Sequence record: NC_054934.1
Origin: Escherichia phage teqskov
DNA length: 64,000 nucleotides
Direction: 5' to 3' (one strand)
The notes under the pieces were generated by a model, which worked only from the letters and a program-made list of their open reading frames with translations, searched no databases and was not told the origin of the DNA. The position numbers and the translations under genes are program-made. Positions within the stretch are counted from its first letter, which is position 1. Every line of letters begins with the position of its first letter. Positions 11,788 to 21,230 of this stretch are shown here, piece after piece.

Positions 11788-11973
11788 ATGAAACGTTGTG
11801 AATTAATTCGAAATGTTGCTATTGCAATTTCTGCTTCCGCTTTTAGTTTTTCAATGTTTGTTGGATTTATATGCGGATTATTAACTACAGCAGAAAATGT
11901 GTTTTCACTTGTAGTAGCATTTTTAATTGGTTTAATCGCTATCGTTATGGATAAAATTTCTAAAGGTGAATAG
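11788..11973 (+). CDS. Small hydrophobic (membrane) protein
   Basis: 61 aa, mostly hydrophobic; GAGGAG SD. Confidence 0.45.
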   Translation: MKRCELIRNVAIAISASAFSFSMFVGFICGLLTTAENVFSLVVAFLIGLIAIVMDKISKGE

Positions 11974-12384
11974 ATGAGTATTAACGAATATTATGTTTAT
12001 GCCGGGGATTATGCAAATCCTTCTCATTTTGAAGGTAATTTAATACCTGATAAAGTTTTTAATACTCCTTTTGAAGCGTGGAGTTGGATTGAAAGTAAAA
12101 ATGGATTTTCTTACCGTTATGTTGAAGTAACTGATTGGAGAGGAACTAAATATCCTAAAGACCATTATTACGTAAATCCATCTAAGGTAAATTTTCTTTT
12201 ATTCGCAGGTGATAATTATTATCCTTGTGGCGGATATGATGATTTAATTGCGTATGCTGAAACAGAAGATAAACTGCGTGATATCATTAAAGAAAATGAA
12301 AATAAACCAGATTATGGTTCCAATCGTTTCGACTGGTGGCAAATCGTAAATGCCCATACTCATGCTATCGTTGATAGAGGCTGA
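11974..12384 (+). CDS. Hypothetical protein
   Basis: 136 aa ORF packed with neighbours; phage-like AT-rich codon usage. Confidence 0.5.
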   Translation: MSINEYYVYAGDYANPSHFEGNLIPDKVFNTPFEAWSWIESKNGFSYRYVEVTDWRGTKYPKDHYYVNPSKVNFLLFAGDNYYPCGGYDDLIAYAETEDKLRDIIKENENKPDYGSNRFDWWQIVNAHTHAIVDRG

Positions 12385-12386
12385 TA

Positions 12387-12680
12387 ATGATTCTTTATGC
12401 TAAAGTATCATCCATTGAAAATGGATATAAATATGATCAAGAAGCAGCTAAAGCCTTGATTGATGATTATGGCATTTTAACATGTTTTGAAGTTGAAAAG
12501 GTTTACATTGACCGTTCATCTTCTCAGGTTAAATTAGTGAAGGAAGACCGTAAATTTAATACAGTAAATTTTGATTTCTTTATTGAAACGGAAAAAGGTC
12601 CTCTTGAATATGATATTTTCAAGAATCCTTTGGGTCTTGAATGTATTGAATATACTTACATTAATATGGTGAGCAAATGA
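12387..12680 (+). CDS. Hypothetical protein
   Basis: 97 aa ORF, tightly packed. Confidence 0.45.
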   Translation: MILYAKVSSIENGYKYDQEAAKALIDDYGILTCFEVEKVYIDRSSSQVKLVKEDRKFNTVNFDFFIETEKGPLEYDIFKNPLGLECIEYTYINMVSK

Positions 12681-13192
12681 ATATTTGTTTAGGTACTACA
12701 ATTCCACAGGGTTACGTAATTGATGTCACTACCTGGGAAAATGATGGTGACAACTATAAAACTAAAACACTGTTTGGCGTAGAAGAGCATGAAATCTTAC
12801 AATTCCAATATCTTTTAAAGAAGTTTAAAAGCAGACATTCTAGTACTAAAGCTGAACGTTATTGTGGTAATGGCTTGTTCAGCGAGCAATCGCTTTTTAT
12901 TTATGAATACTTGGTTGAAGGACTGTTCTCAGAACAACTTTATCCAGAATTCATTAAAAAGGTCTTTGATATAGAAGTTGACCTTGGTAATAAATCCGAA
13001 GAAGACGAAGAACGCATATTTGACTTATTCTTTGTGAATGGTAATAAAGTGCTTGAAGGACTTATTAATATTTTAGGTAATGCTTCTGAGTATTATGATT
13101 ATGATTTTTTGCGTGTAGTTGAGAGTGTTAAATACTCTTATATAGAAGAAGAAATTGTTTTGCCGACCGTTAAAATGTTTAATTTGCTTTAA
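12677..13192 (+). CDS. Hypothetical protein
   Basis: 171 aa ORF, overlaps upstream stop. Confidence 0.5.
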   Translation: MNICLGTTIPQGYVIDVTTWENDGDNYKTKTLFGVEEHEILQFQYLLKKFKSRHSSTKAERYCGNGLFSEQSLFIYEYLVEGLFSEQLYPEFIKKVFDIEVDLGNKSEEDEERIFDLFFVNGNKVLEGLINILGNASEYYDYDFLRVVESVKYSYIEEEIVLPTVKMFNLL

Positions 13193-13278
13193 GAATTATT
13201 TGTTATTATTAACTCATACCGCACTGATTAATACCCTCTATCATCAAGGGTTCTTGTTTGAGAGCCTTTGTTAATAAT

Positions 13279-13351
13279 TGGGAATTAGCCAAGTTGGTAA
13301 GGCATAGCACTTTGACTGCTAGATGCAAAGGTTCGAGTCCTTTATTCCCAG
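13279..13351 (+). tRNA. tRNA-Gln (anticodon UUG)
   Basis: Cloverleaf folded by hand: acceptor tgggaat/attccca, anticodon loop ctTTGac, T-loop ttcgagt. Confidence 0.85.
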
Positions 13352-13352
13352 C

Positions 13353-13439
13353 GCGAGAATGGTCAAATTGGTAAAGGCACAGCACTTAAAATGCTGCGGA
13401 ATGATTTCCTTGTGGGTTCGAGTCCCACTTCTCGCACCA
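13353..13439 (+). tRNA. tRNA-Leu (anticodon UAA), long variable arm, CCA encoded
   Basis: Acceptor gcgagaa/ttctcgc, anticodon loop ctTAAaa, T-loop ttcgagt, ends ACCA. Confidence 0.85.
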
Positions 13440-13444
13440 AATTT

Positions 13445-13518
<74 letters not shown>

Positions 13519-13528
13519 ATTTAATTTA

Positions 13529-13602
13529 CTCCGTGTAGCTCAGTTTGGTAGAGCGTCTGCTTTGGGAGCAGAATGTCGTAGGTTCAAATCCTGCCGCGGA
13601 GA
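13529..13602 (+). tRNA. tRNA-Pro (anticodon UGG)
   Basis: Acceptor ctccgtg/cgcggag with one G-U, anticodon loop ttTGGga, T-loop ttcaaat. Confidence 0.8.
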
Positions 13603-13604
13603 CT

Positions 13605-13694
13605 GGAGGCGTGGCAGAGTGGTTTAATGCACCGGTCTTGAAAACCGGCAGTCGCTCCGGCGACTCATAGGTTCAAATCCTATCGCCTCCGCCA
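13605..13694 (+). tRNA. tRNA-Ser (anticodon UGA), long variable arm, CCA encoded
   Basis: Acceptor ggaggcg/cgcctcc, anticodon loop ctTGAaa, T-loop ttcaaat. Confidence 0.85.
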
Positions 13695-13699
13695 GTTTT

Positions 13700-13775
13700 G
13701 CTGATTTAGCTCAGTAGGTAGAGCAGTTGACTGTTAATCAATTGGTCCATGGTTCGAATCCATGCATGTCCGCCA
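13700..13775 (+). tRNA. tRNA-like element with intact D, anticodon (loop cuGUUaa) and T arms but an acceptor stem that cannot pair; possible hybrid or pseudo-tRNA
   Basis: 5' gctgatt against 3' catgtcc gives only 3 of 7 pairs; first ~26 nt match the remembered T4 tRNA-Thr 5' half; ends GCCA. Confidence 0.5.
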
Positions 13776-13901
13776 AACTTGTGACAGTTGTCACATTAAT
13801 ATCTACTTGACGCGATTATAGGGGTTGAACTGATCACACTTCTCTTAATTTCGTGTGAAGACATCTTGATTGTTGGAGTAGGTATTGCTGTGAACTAATT
13901 A
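13776..13901 (+). other. Non-coding spacer with hairpins (gtgacagttgtcac; cacac...gtgtg); possible small stable RNA
   Basis: No ORF; T4 encodes small stable RNAs in its tRNA region; assignment speculative. Confidence 0.2.
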
Positions 13902-13978
13902 CGGGGTGTAACTCAATTGTATAGAGTAGCGGTCCTCTAAACCGCAGGTTAAAGGTTAGAATCCTTTCACCCTGACCA
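13902..13978 (+). tRNA. tRNA-Arg (anticodon UCU), CCA encoded
   Basis: Acceptor cggggtg/caccctg with one G-U, anticodon loop ccTCTaa, T-loop ttagaat, ends ACCA. Confidence 0.8.
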
Positions 13979-13999
13979 AATTATTGAGAGAATAATATT

Positions 14000-14554
14000 A
14001 TGAGAAGTGATGTAGACTGGGACCAAATTAATTTGGCTATAAAAGCTGGATTAATATACCATGGTAATTTTGAAATAACACAAGAACTAATTGAAAATGT
14101 TGCTTTTCTTAAAATAACAGATAAGAAAAAATTCTTTTCTATGACTGAAGCCAAACGCTTGTCAAAATGGAAAGTATTTTGTAGGACTGCCGCCCTAAAT
14201 CTTTTGAAATTTAAAGATGAATTTGATATAGAAAAAAGCTATCGACAGGCTTTCGTATACATAATGGTAGATACTACAAATCCTAATTATTATAAAATAG
14301 GAAGAAGTATAGAACCTGATGTTAGAGTTATAACAGCAAATACATTTTCACCGTTTAAAAGTTTTAAAATAGTATCATTTAGATATTCCCAGGATGCAGT
14401 AGAACTTGAAAAATATATGCACAGCATTTATAATCAGGACCATATAAATGGTGAATGGTTTTTCTTTCATGACATAAGTTCCATAGTTAAAAAATTAGAT
14501 ACTAAATCTACACAATTTGAAATACCAAATGAGAAACCGGGTCGCTACCGGTAA
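14000..14554 (+). CDS. GIY-YIG superfamily / T5orf172-like domain protein (possible homing-endonuclease relative) in the tRNA region
   Basis: 184 aa; C-terminal half has FVYIMVD...YYKIGRS and GEWFFF motifs typical of T5orf172/GIY-YIG-like domains; sits where T4 carries segB. Confidence 0.5.
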   Translation: MRSDVDWDQINLAIKAGLIYHGNFEITQELIENVAFLKITDKKKFFSMTEAKRLSKWKVFCRTAALNLLKFKDEFDIEKSYRQAFVYIMVDTTNPNYYKIGRSIEPDVRVITANTFSPFKSFKIVSFRYSQDAVELEKYMHSIYNQDHINGEWFFFHDISSIVKKLDTKSTQFEIPNEKPGRYR

Positions 14555-14559
14555 GTCGT

Positions 14560-14837
14560 CGGACTGATGTTCCCTGAGTAAGGAATTGCGTTAATAATCT
14601 TTGCGTTTATTGATGCCCTCTTACATCACAGCAGAAACGGCGCACCGAATTATCGATTCGAGGAAATATCTTTGCCGTAAGCCGAGTAGCGTTTTTGACG
14701 GAACGTTCGGATATGGTCGAGATATGGCCTTTTAAAAATATTGAGTAGCGTCAACTACTTAATAACCGGGTTCAAGTCCCGGCGTTTCGTACAAACACTT
14801 GCCTTAGCAGGTGGAACCCCGACAAGGTTGCCGCAAG
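14560..14837 (+). ncRNA. Structured non-coding region with tRNA-like T-arm motif (ccgGGTTCAAGTCCcgg); candidate small stable RNA
   Basis: ~280 nt without ORF, GC-richer than surroundings, ends at a strong terminator; no full cloverleaf could be folded. Confidence 0.25.
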
Positions 14838-14841
14838 GCTT

Positions 14842-14870
14842 AGCCCCGACCGAAAGGTTGGGGCTTTTTA
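14842..14870 (+). terminator. Rho-independent terminator
   Basis: agccccgacc-gaaa-ggttggggct then TTTTT. Confidence 0.7.
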
Positions 14871-14915
14871 GTATAAATAAGTATATTAAAACCACGAATT
14901 AAAACAGGAAATAAG

Positions 14916-15389
14916 ATGAAATCATATGCTCAATTTTTAAATGAAGCGGTGTTAAATGAAGCATCTAGCACTGAAATTCAAGCTGTTGCAAAAGCTGCCA
15001 TTGCCGCGGGTAAATATTCCTATAAAGATGCTTCCGATGAATCACGATTCCAATTTGCTCGTGATATGAAAGCCGAAGGATTTACAGGGAATGCAGTTAG
15101 TATGGCTTGGAAAAGTTTAGTTGCTACTGGAGCTGCTTTTGCAAAGGCTTCAGGTAAACCTGCTCCTAAGGCTGATCCTAAAGCAGCACAAGAAAAAAAT
15201 ATTGCTAAAGGAATTATCTCTAGGTATGAAGCAATTCTTAAAGAACTTTTGATAATCAAAACTGAAGGCCAAAAGCTAGCTCGTGCTTATAGTTTCAAAG
15301 ATAACCCACATGTTCACTCTCTTGAATATGTTGAAGACATCCAAAAAATTATTAAAGACCGCATTTGGTCTGCTAAACAAATCAAATAA
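14916..15389 (+). CDS. Internal-protein-like ORF with capsid-targeting-like N-terminus (MKSYAQFLNEAVLNEA), Ala/Lys-rich
   Basis: 157 aa; N-terminus resembles the IP targeting sequence with two L-x-E sites; flanked by near-identical terminators. Confidence 0.5.
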   Translation: MKSYAQFLNEAVLNEASSTEIQAVAKAAIAAGKYSYKDASDESRFQFARDMKAEGFTGNAVSMAWKSLVATGAAFAKASGKPAPKADPKAAQEKNIAKGIISRYEAILKELLIIKTEGQKLARAYSFKDNPHVHSLEYVEDIQKIIKDRIWSAKQIK

Positions 15390-15396
15390 CATTCTT

Positions 15397-15425
15397 AGCC
15401 CCAGCCGAAAGGTTGGGGCTTTTTG
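15397..15425 (+). terminator. Rho-independent terminator, near-identical copy of the one at 14842
   Basis: agccccagcc-gaaa-ggttggggct then TTTTT. Confidence 0.7.
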
Positions 15426-15558
15426 GTATCTAGGCCTTTCCGGGCCTCTCTGGGCATCATTTAGTTTATACCCTTTATAATATATTATCCTACCTTTTAA
15501 TTGTCCCTCCTGACCCTAGAATTCCCTAAAACTTTTTAAAAAATTTTTTCACAAAACT

Positions 15559-15589
15559 GTTTACATCCCTGTTCTTCCATGGTACTATA
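15559..15589 (+). promoter_or_regulatory. T4 early promoter with conserved upstream and leader module
   Basis: tttttcacaaaactGTTTACa...TGgTACTATacaactatcaactactgatacag. Confidence 0.65.
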
Positions 15590-15631
15590 CAACTATCAAC
15601 TACTGATACAGAAAACAATTTGGAGAATGAA

Positions 15632-15895
15632 ATGGATAATTACGGCGAACTGTTCAACTTCTTTATGAAATGTGTTTCAGAAGATTTCGGTCGTACAGTG
15701 AATGATATTAAAGTTATCGGTCCTGATCATCCGATGTTTGAAACTTACGCAGTAATGGGTAATGAAGACGGTCAGTGGTATACTGTAAAGGTTGTGATTA
15801 ACATGTTCACGGCAGAAGGTTATGTTAAACTGTCTTCTAAAGTTTACCATGATAACGACGAAATCGCAGAAGAATATTTCAATAATATGAAATAA
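15632..15895 (+). CDS. Hypothetical protein
   Basis: 87 aa from ATG 15632 with GGAGA SD in the conserved leader. Confidence 0.5.
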   Translation: MDNYGELFNFFMKCVSEDFGRTVNDIKVIGPDHPMFETYAVMGNEDGQWYTVKVVINMFTAEGYVKLSSKVYHDNDEIAEEYFNNMK

Positions 15896-15964
15896 TTGTG
15901 TACAAACACCAAGGACGGTGTTATTATAGACTTATCAAAAACAAATACAGAAACGGAGAAATAA

Positions 15965-16177
15965 ATGACTACTTTAATTATTTGGTTCGACGAAAATGAA
16001 GAAACATACTGCGTGAACATTGGCGAAAGCCCAATGCCAGAATTTGAATCTTCAGATAAAAACTCGGTTGTATCTTGGGCTGAAGGTTATAAAGCAGCAA
16101 AAGGCGATGTTGAAATAGTTTACAAACTCTTGGGAGTAGAGTATAATACTCCCACGGATTATAAAACCCTTAATTAA
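15965..16177 (+). CDS. Hypothetical protein
   Basis: 70 aa ORF with GGAGA SD. Confidence 0.45.
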   Translation: MTTLIIWFDENEETYCVNIGESPMPEFESSDKNSVVSWAEGYKAAKGDVEIVYKLLGVEYNTPTDYKTLN

Positions 16178-16191
16178 CTAAAGGAAATGCT

Positions 16192-16785
16192 ATGAACATG
16201 CTGAAGAAAATTGTTGAGTTTATTCGCACTAAACTTGGTTCTGCTATGGCTAAAAATTTATCTGTTGAAGAACAGTATACTGCTGCGGCAGCAAAACTAC
16301 TTGATAAGATTAAAGATCTAAAAACTGCTTCTGTTAAATCTATTAATGAAGAAAAACGTATTCGTGAACTTATTGTCGAAAAGAATCGACAGGCCGAATC
16401 AAAAGAGCGTGAAATTCGCAAGCTTCTTTCTGAAGGTCAAGATGTAACAATGCATGCTAAACTCGGCTTGCTATATCGTCGAACAGCTGAACAGTTGACT
16501 ACTAAAGCTGATGGTTATGCTGAAATGCGAATTGAAATCGCCAAGAAAGTAGTTGAATTGGATGATGCTCGCCAAGAACTTGCAGTTAAATTGGAATATA
16601 TCCGTGAAACTCGTGCAGCAAATGCCCTTGGAATTAGTACTGCTGATGATGTAGTTGAAATTGCAGCGCTAACTAAAGTTGATATTGAAGATACTCTCGC
16701 CCGAGTTGAAACCTTTAATGGTAATATTTCTGGGGTTGAAACTACCTCTGCCGATGTTCAGGAATATATTAATTCTCTGAAATAA
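16192..16785 (+). CDS. Coiled-coil protein (possible PspA/IM30-like architecture)
   Basis: 197 aa, heptad-rich charged helices; similarity to PspA is by eye only. Confidence 0.45.
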   Translation: MNMLKKIVEFIRTKLGSAMAKNLSVEEQYTAAAAKLLDKIKDLKTASVKSINEEKRIRELIVEKNRQAESKEREIRKLLSEGQDVTMHAKLGLLYRRTAEQLTTKADGYAEMRIEIAKKVVELDDARQELAVKLEYIRETRAANALGISTADDVVEIAALTKVDIEDTLARVETFNGNISGVETTSADVQEYINSLK

Positions 16786-16791
16786 TGATAA

Positions 16792-16805
16792 GGGGCTTCG
16801 GCCCC
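16792..16805 (+). terminator. GC stem with UUCG tetraloop (ggggc-ttcg-gcccc); stabilising hairpin or weak terminator
   Basis: Perfect 5 bp GC stem immediately after the stop codon; no clear T-run. Confidence 0.4.
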
Positions 16806-16826
16806 TATTACTTGGAGTAAGTAGGA

Positions 16827-17432
16827 ATGAAAATGCAAAGTGATTTCAATTCAATGTTTGAAGAGTTCCAAAGACAGGTTGATGTTCCAGACCAATTACT
16901 AAATGCTCTTAAACGCATGGCAGAAGGACGTAATTACTATTGGGGGTCTTCATATGAAACTGATGAAAGTCTTTCTGGATTTTATAAAGGTAAAAAGTCT
17001 TTAATACGTCCTGGAATACTTATTAACAGTATTGAATCAATTCATTTATTAACATGCGATTTTGACGTTGAATTTACTGATTTTGTTTCTCCTGAATGGA
17101 CGGTCTGTTATTTAAACGACGATTATGATTATCTTGGCGTTTATAGTTTAAGTGATGCATGGTTTAAACGTAATTTACAAAAGTCAAATTTATTCTATAT
17201 TGATACTACTGTAAAATTTCAGGGCAAGAAATATTTCTTTACTCTTATAGTTGATTCTGAAACGAAGCATGAAAATAAACGTATTCTTAGTAAAAAGAAT
17301 ATCTTAACTATTGTCGATGTTCTTTTTGATAAATTCGTAGAAAATCCTAATTTTGAAAGCGATTTATTATTAGAAAAATTTGTTAAGGAATGTAGAGAAT
17401 ATGTCAAAGCCATCACTATACCTTCCAAGTAA
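16827..17432 (+). CDS. Hypothetical protein; first of four tandem genes sharing a C-terminal FVKECR motif
   Basis: 201 aa; C-terminus EKFVKECREY. Confidence 0.5.
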   Translation: MKMQSDFNSMFEEFQRQVDVPDQLLNALKRMAEGRNYYWGSSYETDESLSGFYKGKKSLIRPGILINSIESIHLLTCDFDVEFTDFVSPEWTVCYLNDDYDYLGVYSLSDAWFKRNLQKSNLFYIDTTVKFQGKKYFFTLIVDSETKHENKRILSKKNILTIVDVLFDKFVENPNFESDLLLEKFVKECREYVKAITIPSK

Positions 17433-17793
17433 ACCCTTAAAGTATGAATTAAAGCGTCAGATAATTTCTACTGATGTGTTAATAGGTCCTGTGGTAGCTG
17501 TATCATTTGTGATTCTGCTGATTGCTGGAATGGTTATAGACGTTATGACTGATATTGAATCTGGTGCAATATTTGGAGCAACACTAATTCTTCCATTGGT
17601 AGTTCCGCTTTTATTAGTACCTATAAATTGGATAGGATATTGGTATCAAGGAAGACACTATCGTAAACGTGTACGTGATTGGAAAGCTCAGTGTAAAAAG
17701 ATTAAAAAGGAACATCAGCTTAAACTTGCTGCGCATGAATTTGATGAAATTATGAAATTTGTTAAGGAATCACGATGCAAAAGCCAAAACTAA
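17401..17793 (+). CDS. Small membrane protein (two predicted TM helices), C-terminal FVKESRCK
   Basis: ATG 17401; hydrophobic core VVAVSFVILLIAGMVIDV and ILPLVVPLLLVPI. Confidence 0.5.
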   Translation: MSKPSLYLPSKPLKYELKRQIISTDVLIGPVVAVSFVILLIAGMVIDVMTDIESGAIFGATLILPLVVPLLLVPINWIGYWYQGRHYRKRVRDWKAQCKKIKKEHQLKLAAHEFDEIMKFVKESRCKSQN

Positions 17794-18137
17794 ATAAAGT
17801 CAAATATTCTCTTCCTGAGGCACTATTAATTCTTGCCGTATCAGCATTTGCAGCTCTTGCAGGTAGTCTTATTGGATTGTTAATTGACTGTTTTATTTTA
17901 AACATCGACGGCACAGTAATTATAACAGAGGTTTGGAGTGAACTTCGTTTTACTATAGCGATTTCATTATTTTCATTCTTTGGTACAATGTTATATTTTC
18001 ATTATGATAATTTTAAAATAAATTGGCAAAGAAAAAAGGATTACAAAATACAATTAAAGGAATATAATAGCTACATGTCTTATATTGAAAAAGAATCAAT
18101 GGAAGAGTTTGTGAGTGATTGTAGGAAAATTAAATGA
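17775..18137 (+). CDS. Small membrane protein, C-terminal FVSDCRKIK
   Basis: 120 aa; TM segments; stop overlaps next start. Confidence 0.5.
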   Translation: MQKPKLNKVKYSLPEALLILAVSAFAALAGSLIGLLIDCFILNIDGTVIITEVWSELRFTIAISLFSFFGTMLYFHYDNFKINWQRKKDYKIQLKEYNSYMSYIEKESMEEFVSDCRKIK

Positions 18138-18622
18138 TTTTAAAAACTCGCTGGTATGATTTAGATGATGGGGACGATGGCATTTCAGTTGATAGAGTTG
18201 ATTGGAGTGGCTGTTCTGAAGATACAAAGAAACGATTAATTAGGGAGTTTAGAATGGGATATCAAGCAGCTAAGCCATCTACTGTAACAGATGATAAATT
18301 CGTGTGTATTCAAAATGGTCGTGCTAAGTTAACGAACGCTGATTGGTTCACAGATAAGAAGGTTATTCTGTGGTATATTATTAGTTTTCCTGTGACATCA
18401 TTTGTATTTTGCTTCTTTGGAGAAAGTCCAGTAGGCAGAACGGAAGATTGGATTCTTTTAATTATACTTGTTAATATTTTTACAGCAACAGTACTATCAG
18501 GAATATGGTGCGTGTTCATTGAAATGCCATGGCGGTTACGTAGGCAGCAAAAGATTTTTGATGAAAAGAAATATACTCAAAATTTAAATAATTTTATCAC
18601 TGAATGCAGGAAATTAAAATGA
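18134..18622 (+). CDS. Membrane protein, C-terminal FITECRKLK
   Basis: 162 aa; TM segments; stop overlaps nudE start. Confidence 0.5.
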   Translation: MILKTRWYDLDDGDDGISVDRVDWSGCSEDTKKRLIREFRMGYQAAKPSTVTDDKFVCIQNGRAKLTNADWFTDKKVILWYIISFPVTSFVFCFFGESPVGRTEDWILLIILVNIFTATVLSGIWCVFIEMPWRLRRQQKIFDEKKYTQNLNNFITECRKLK

Positions 18623-19059
18623 AAACATTATCAGCTGGTATTATCTTTATGACAGAAGATAAAGATTTATTTATGGGACGAGTTACTGGTTCTCGTAAGC
18701 CTGGAATGATGGCACATCGCTGGGATATTCCAAAGGGGCGTGTAGAAAATTCTGATTTAAGCGCATTAGATGCAGCACGAAGAGAATGCTCAGAAGAGAC
18801 TGGTTTTAACAATTATAATCCAGACCTTCTAGAAGACCTAGGTGTATTTAAATATTCTAGTAATAAAGACTTACAGTTATTTTATTATACGATTCCAGTA
18901 GAGCATGAGATGTTCAGAAATTGCCATTGCGAGTCTTATTTTGAAAATAAAGATGGTGTTATGATTCCAGAGATGGATGCTTTTGCCCTTATTCCTCGTA
19001 CTCAGTGGCAATATGTGATGGGTCCTTCACTTTACCGAATAATGAACAGCCTCTTTTAA
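18619..19059 (+). CDS. nudE: Nudix hydrolase NudE (e.1)
   Basis: Nudix box GRVENSDLSALDAARRECSEETGF; ATG 18619 with AGGAAA SD; directly upstream of e as in T4. Confidence 0.8.
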   Translation: MKTLSAGIIFMTEDKDLFMGRVTGSRKPGMMAHRWDIPKGRVENSDLSALDAARRECSEETGFNNYNPDLLEDLGVFKYSSNKDLQLFYYTIPVEHEMFRNCHCESYFENKDGVMIPEMDAFALIPRTQWQYVMGPSLYRIMNSLF

Positions 19060-19590
<531 letters not shown>

Positions 19591-19594
19591 AGTT

Positions 19595-19624
19595 GTTTAC
19601 TTTCTCCTAGAATTGTGATAGTAT
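19595..19624 (+). promoter_or_regulatory. T4 early promoter upstream of denV
   Basis: GTTTAC ... TGaTAGTAT. Confidence 0.55.
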
Positions 19625-19649
19625 ATTCACAGTTACTTGGAGGGATAAA

Positions 19650-20066
19650 ATGACTCGTATTAATTTGACTTTAGTATCTGAACTTGCTGATCAACATTTA
19701 ATCGCAGAATACCGTGAATTGCCACGTGTTTTTGGTATAGTTCGTAAGCATGTGGCAAACGGTAAGCGCGTTAAAGATTTTAAAATATCTTCCGAGTTTA
19801 TTTTAGGTTCTGGTCATGTTACGTTCTTTTACGATAAGTTAGAATTTTTGCGAAAGCGTCAATTAGACATTATAACGGAATGCTTAAAACGAGGGTTCAG
19901 TATAAAAGATACTGAAGTTCCTGACATCAGCGATATTCCAGTAGAATGGAAAAATGATTATAATCCATGCAAATCAGCTATTAAATTGAGTCAACAACGA
20001 CTTGATGAAAAAATTTTAATGAAACCACATTGGTATAAGTATTACGGTAAAAATATTTACATTTAA
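19650..20066 (+). CDS. denV: Endonuclease V (pyrimidine dimer DNA glycosylase)
   Basis: 138 aa; [17 protein letters not shown]...WYKYYGK matches remembered T4 DenV. Confidence 0.93.
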   Translation: MTRINLTLVSELADQHLIAEYRELPRVFGIVRKHVANGKRVKDFKISSEFILGSGHVTFFYDKLEFLRKRQLDIITECLKRGFSIKDTEVPDISDIPVEWKNDYNPCKSAIKLSQQRLDEKILMKPHWYKYYGKNIYI

Positions 20067-20075
20067 AGGAAACAT

Positions 20076-20549
20076 ATGAAAACATATCAAGAATTTATCA
20101 CTGAAGCAGCTATTAATTCTCAAATTATTGCTGAATCTTTTACCGATCTTTTGAAATTTAAAAAAGGTCAAAAAATCACTGCTGTATTGGATGATGGTAC
20201 AGAAGTTGAGATGGATGTACAGGGATATAATTATGCAGTAGATGGAAAACTGTATAATAAATCTCATGCTAAATTTGATTCATTTGACGACTTTGTTAAT
20301 ACAGTTGAAGATGAAAAAACTCGTAGATCCATTGCAACTGGTGATGCTAAGGTTCTTATGGCACATGGTCATGAACGCATTCGCGCTAAACAGAATAAAA
20401 TGGGTGAAGATAATTTTGCATTAGTTGGTTATCAATCTGGTAAACAAACTTATGGCTATCAACGTACTGCTACCATGTATAATAAAAATGGTAAAATCGC
20501 TTTCGTGAATAGTAAAGGTTCTATTCAGTACGTTAAATCGTTCAAATAA
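20076..20549 (+). CDS. Internal-protein-like ORF with capsid-targeting N-terminus MKTYQEFITEA
   Basis: 157 aa; basic; ipII/ipIII locus next to denV, but size differs from T4 IPII (100 aa) and IPIII (194 aa). Confidence 0.6.
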   Translation: MKTYQEFITEAAINSQIIAESFTDLLKFKKGQKITAVLDDGTEVEMDVQGYNYAVDGKLYNKSHAKFDSFDDFVNTVEDEKTRRSIATGDAKVLMAHGHERIRAKQNKMGEDNFALVGYQSGKQTYGYQRTATMYNKNGKIAFVNSKGSIQYVKSFK

Positions 20550-20690
20550 TATGGGAACAACCTGGACCTCATGATTCTATGAGGGATTCCCGCCAACCTG
20601 TAATAAGGTCGAGCCTGAGTGCGGTAATGGGTAAATACAGAAATGGACAATTCATGCGCCACGGAATGGCCCAAATTTAGAGAGAATAAA

Positions 20691-21230
20691 ATGAGAACAT
20701 TTTTAACTGGTCCTTATCTATCCCTGATGAATGCTTTTACACACCATTCTGACGCTAGAGTAGAAGAAATTTGTAAAAACGAATATATCCCGCCATTTGA
20801 AGAATTACTTAAACAGTACTGCACACTTCGACTAGATGGTGGACGTCAATCTGGTAAATCAACTGCAGTAACTAATTTTGCCGCTAATTGGTTGTATGAC
20901 GGTGGAACAGTTATTGTTCTTTCTAATACTTCAGCTTACGCTAAAATTTCTGCAAATAACATTAAAAAGGAATTTTCGCGTTATTCTAATGATGATATAC
21001 GTTTTCGTTTATTTACTGATTCTGTACGCAGTTTTATTGGTAATAAAGGAAGTAAGTTCAGAGGTTTATCGCTTTCGCGAATTTTGTATATAATTGACGA
21101 GCCTGTCAAATCTCCTGATATGGATAAGATTTATAGTGTCCATATTGACACTGTACACTGCTGCTGTAATATTAAATGTTGTATTGGTGGTATTACTCGT
21201 CCACAGTTTTTCGTAATCGGAATGCAATGA
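20691..21230 (+). CDS. P-loop (Walker A) NTPase-like hypothetical protein
   Basis: ATG 20691 with gagaataaaATG context; GGRQSGKST motif. Confidence 0.45.
   Translation: MRTFLTGPYLSLMNAFTHHSDARVEEICKNEYIPPFEELLKQYCTLRLDGGRQSGKSTAVTNFAANWLYDGGTVIVLSNTSAYAKISANNIKKEFSRYSNDDIRFRLFTDSVRSFIGNKGSKFRGLSLSRILYIIDEPVKSPDMDKIYSVHIDTVHCCCNIKCCIGGITRPQFFVIGMQ

Noticed and set aside
14630-14795. Possible intron-containing tRNA suggested by a T-arm motif and an acceptor-like pairing
   Set aside because: No D-arm or anticodon arm could be folded and the span is far too long; retained only as a candidate structured RNA.
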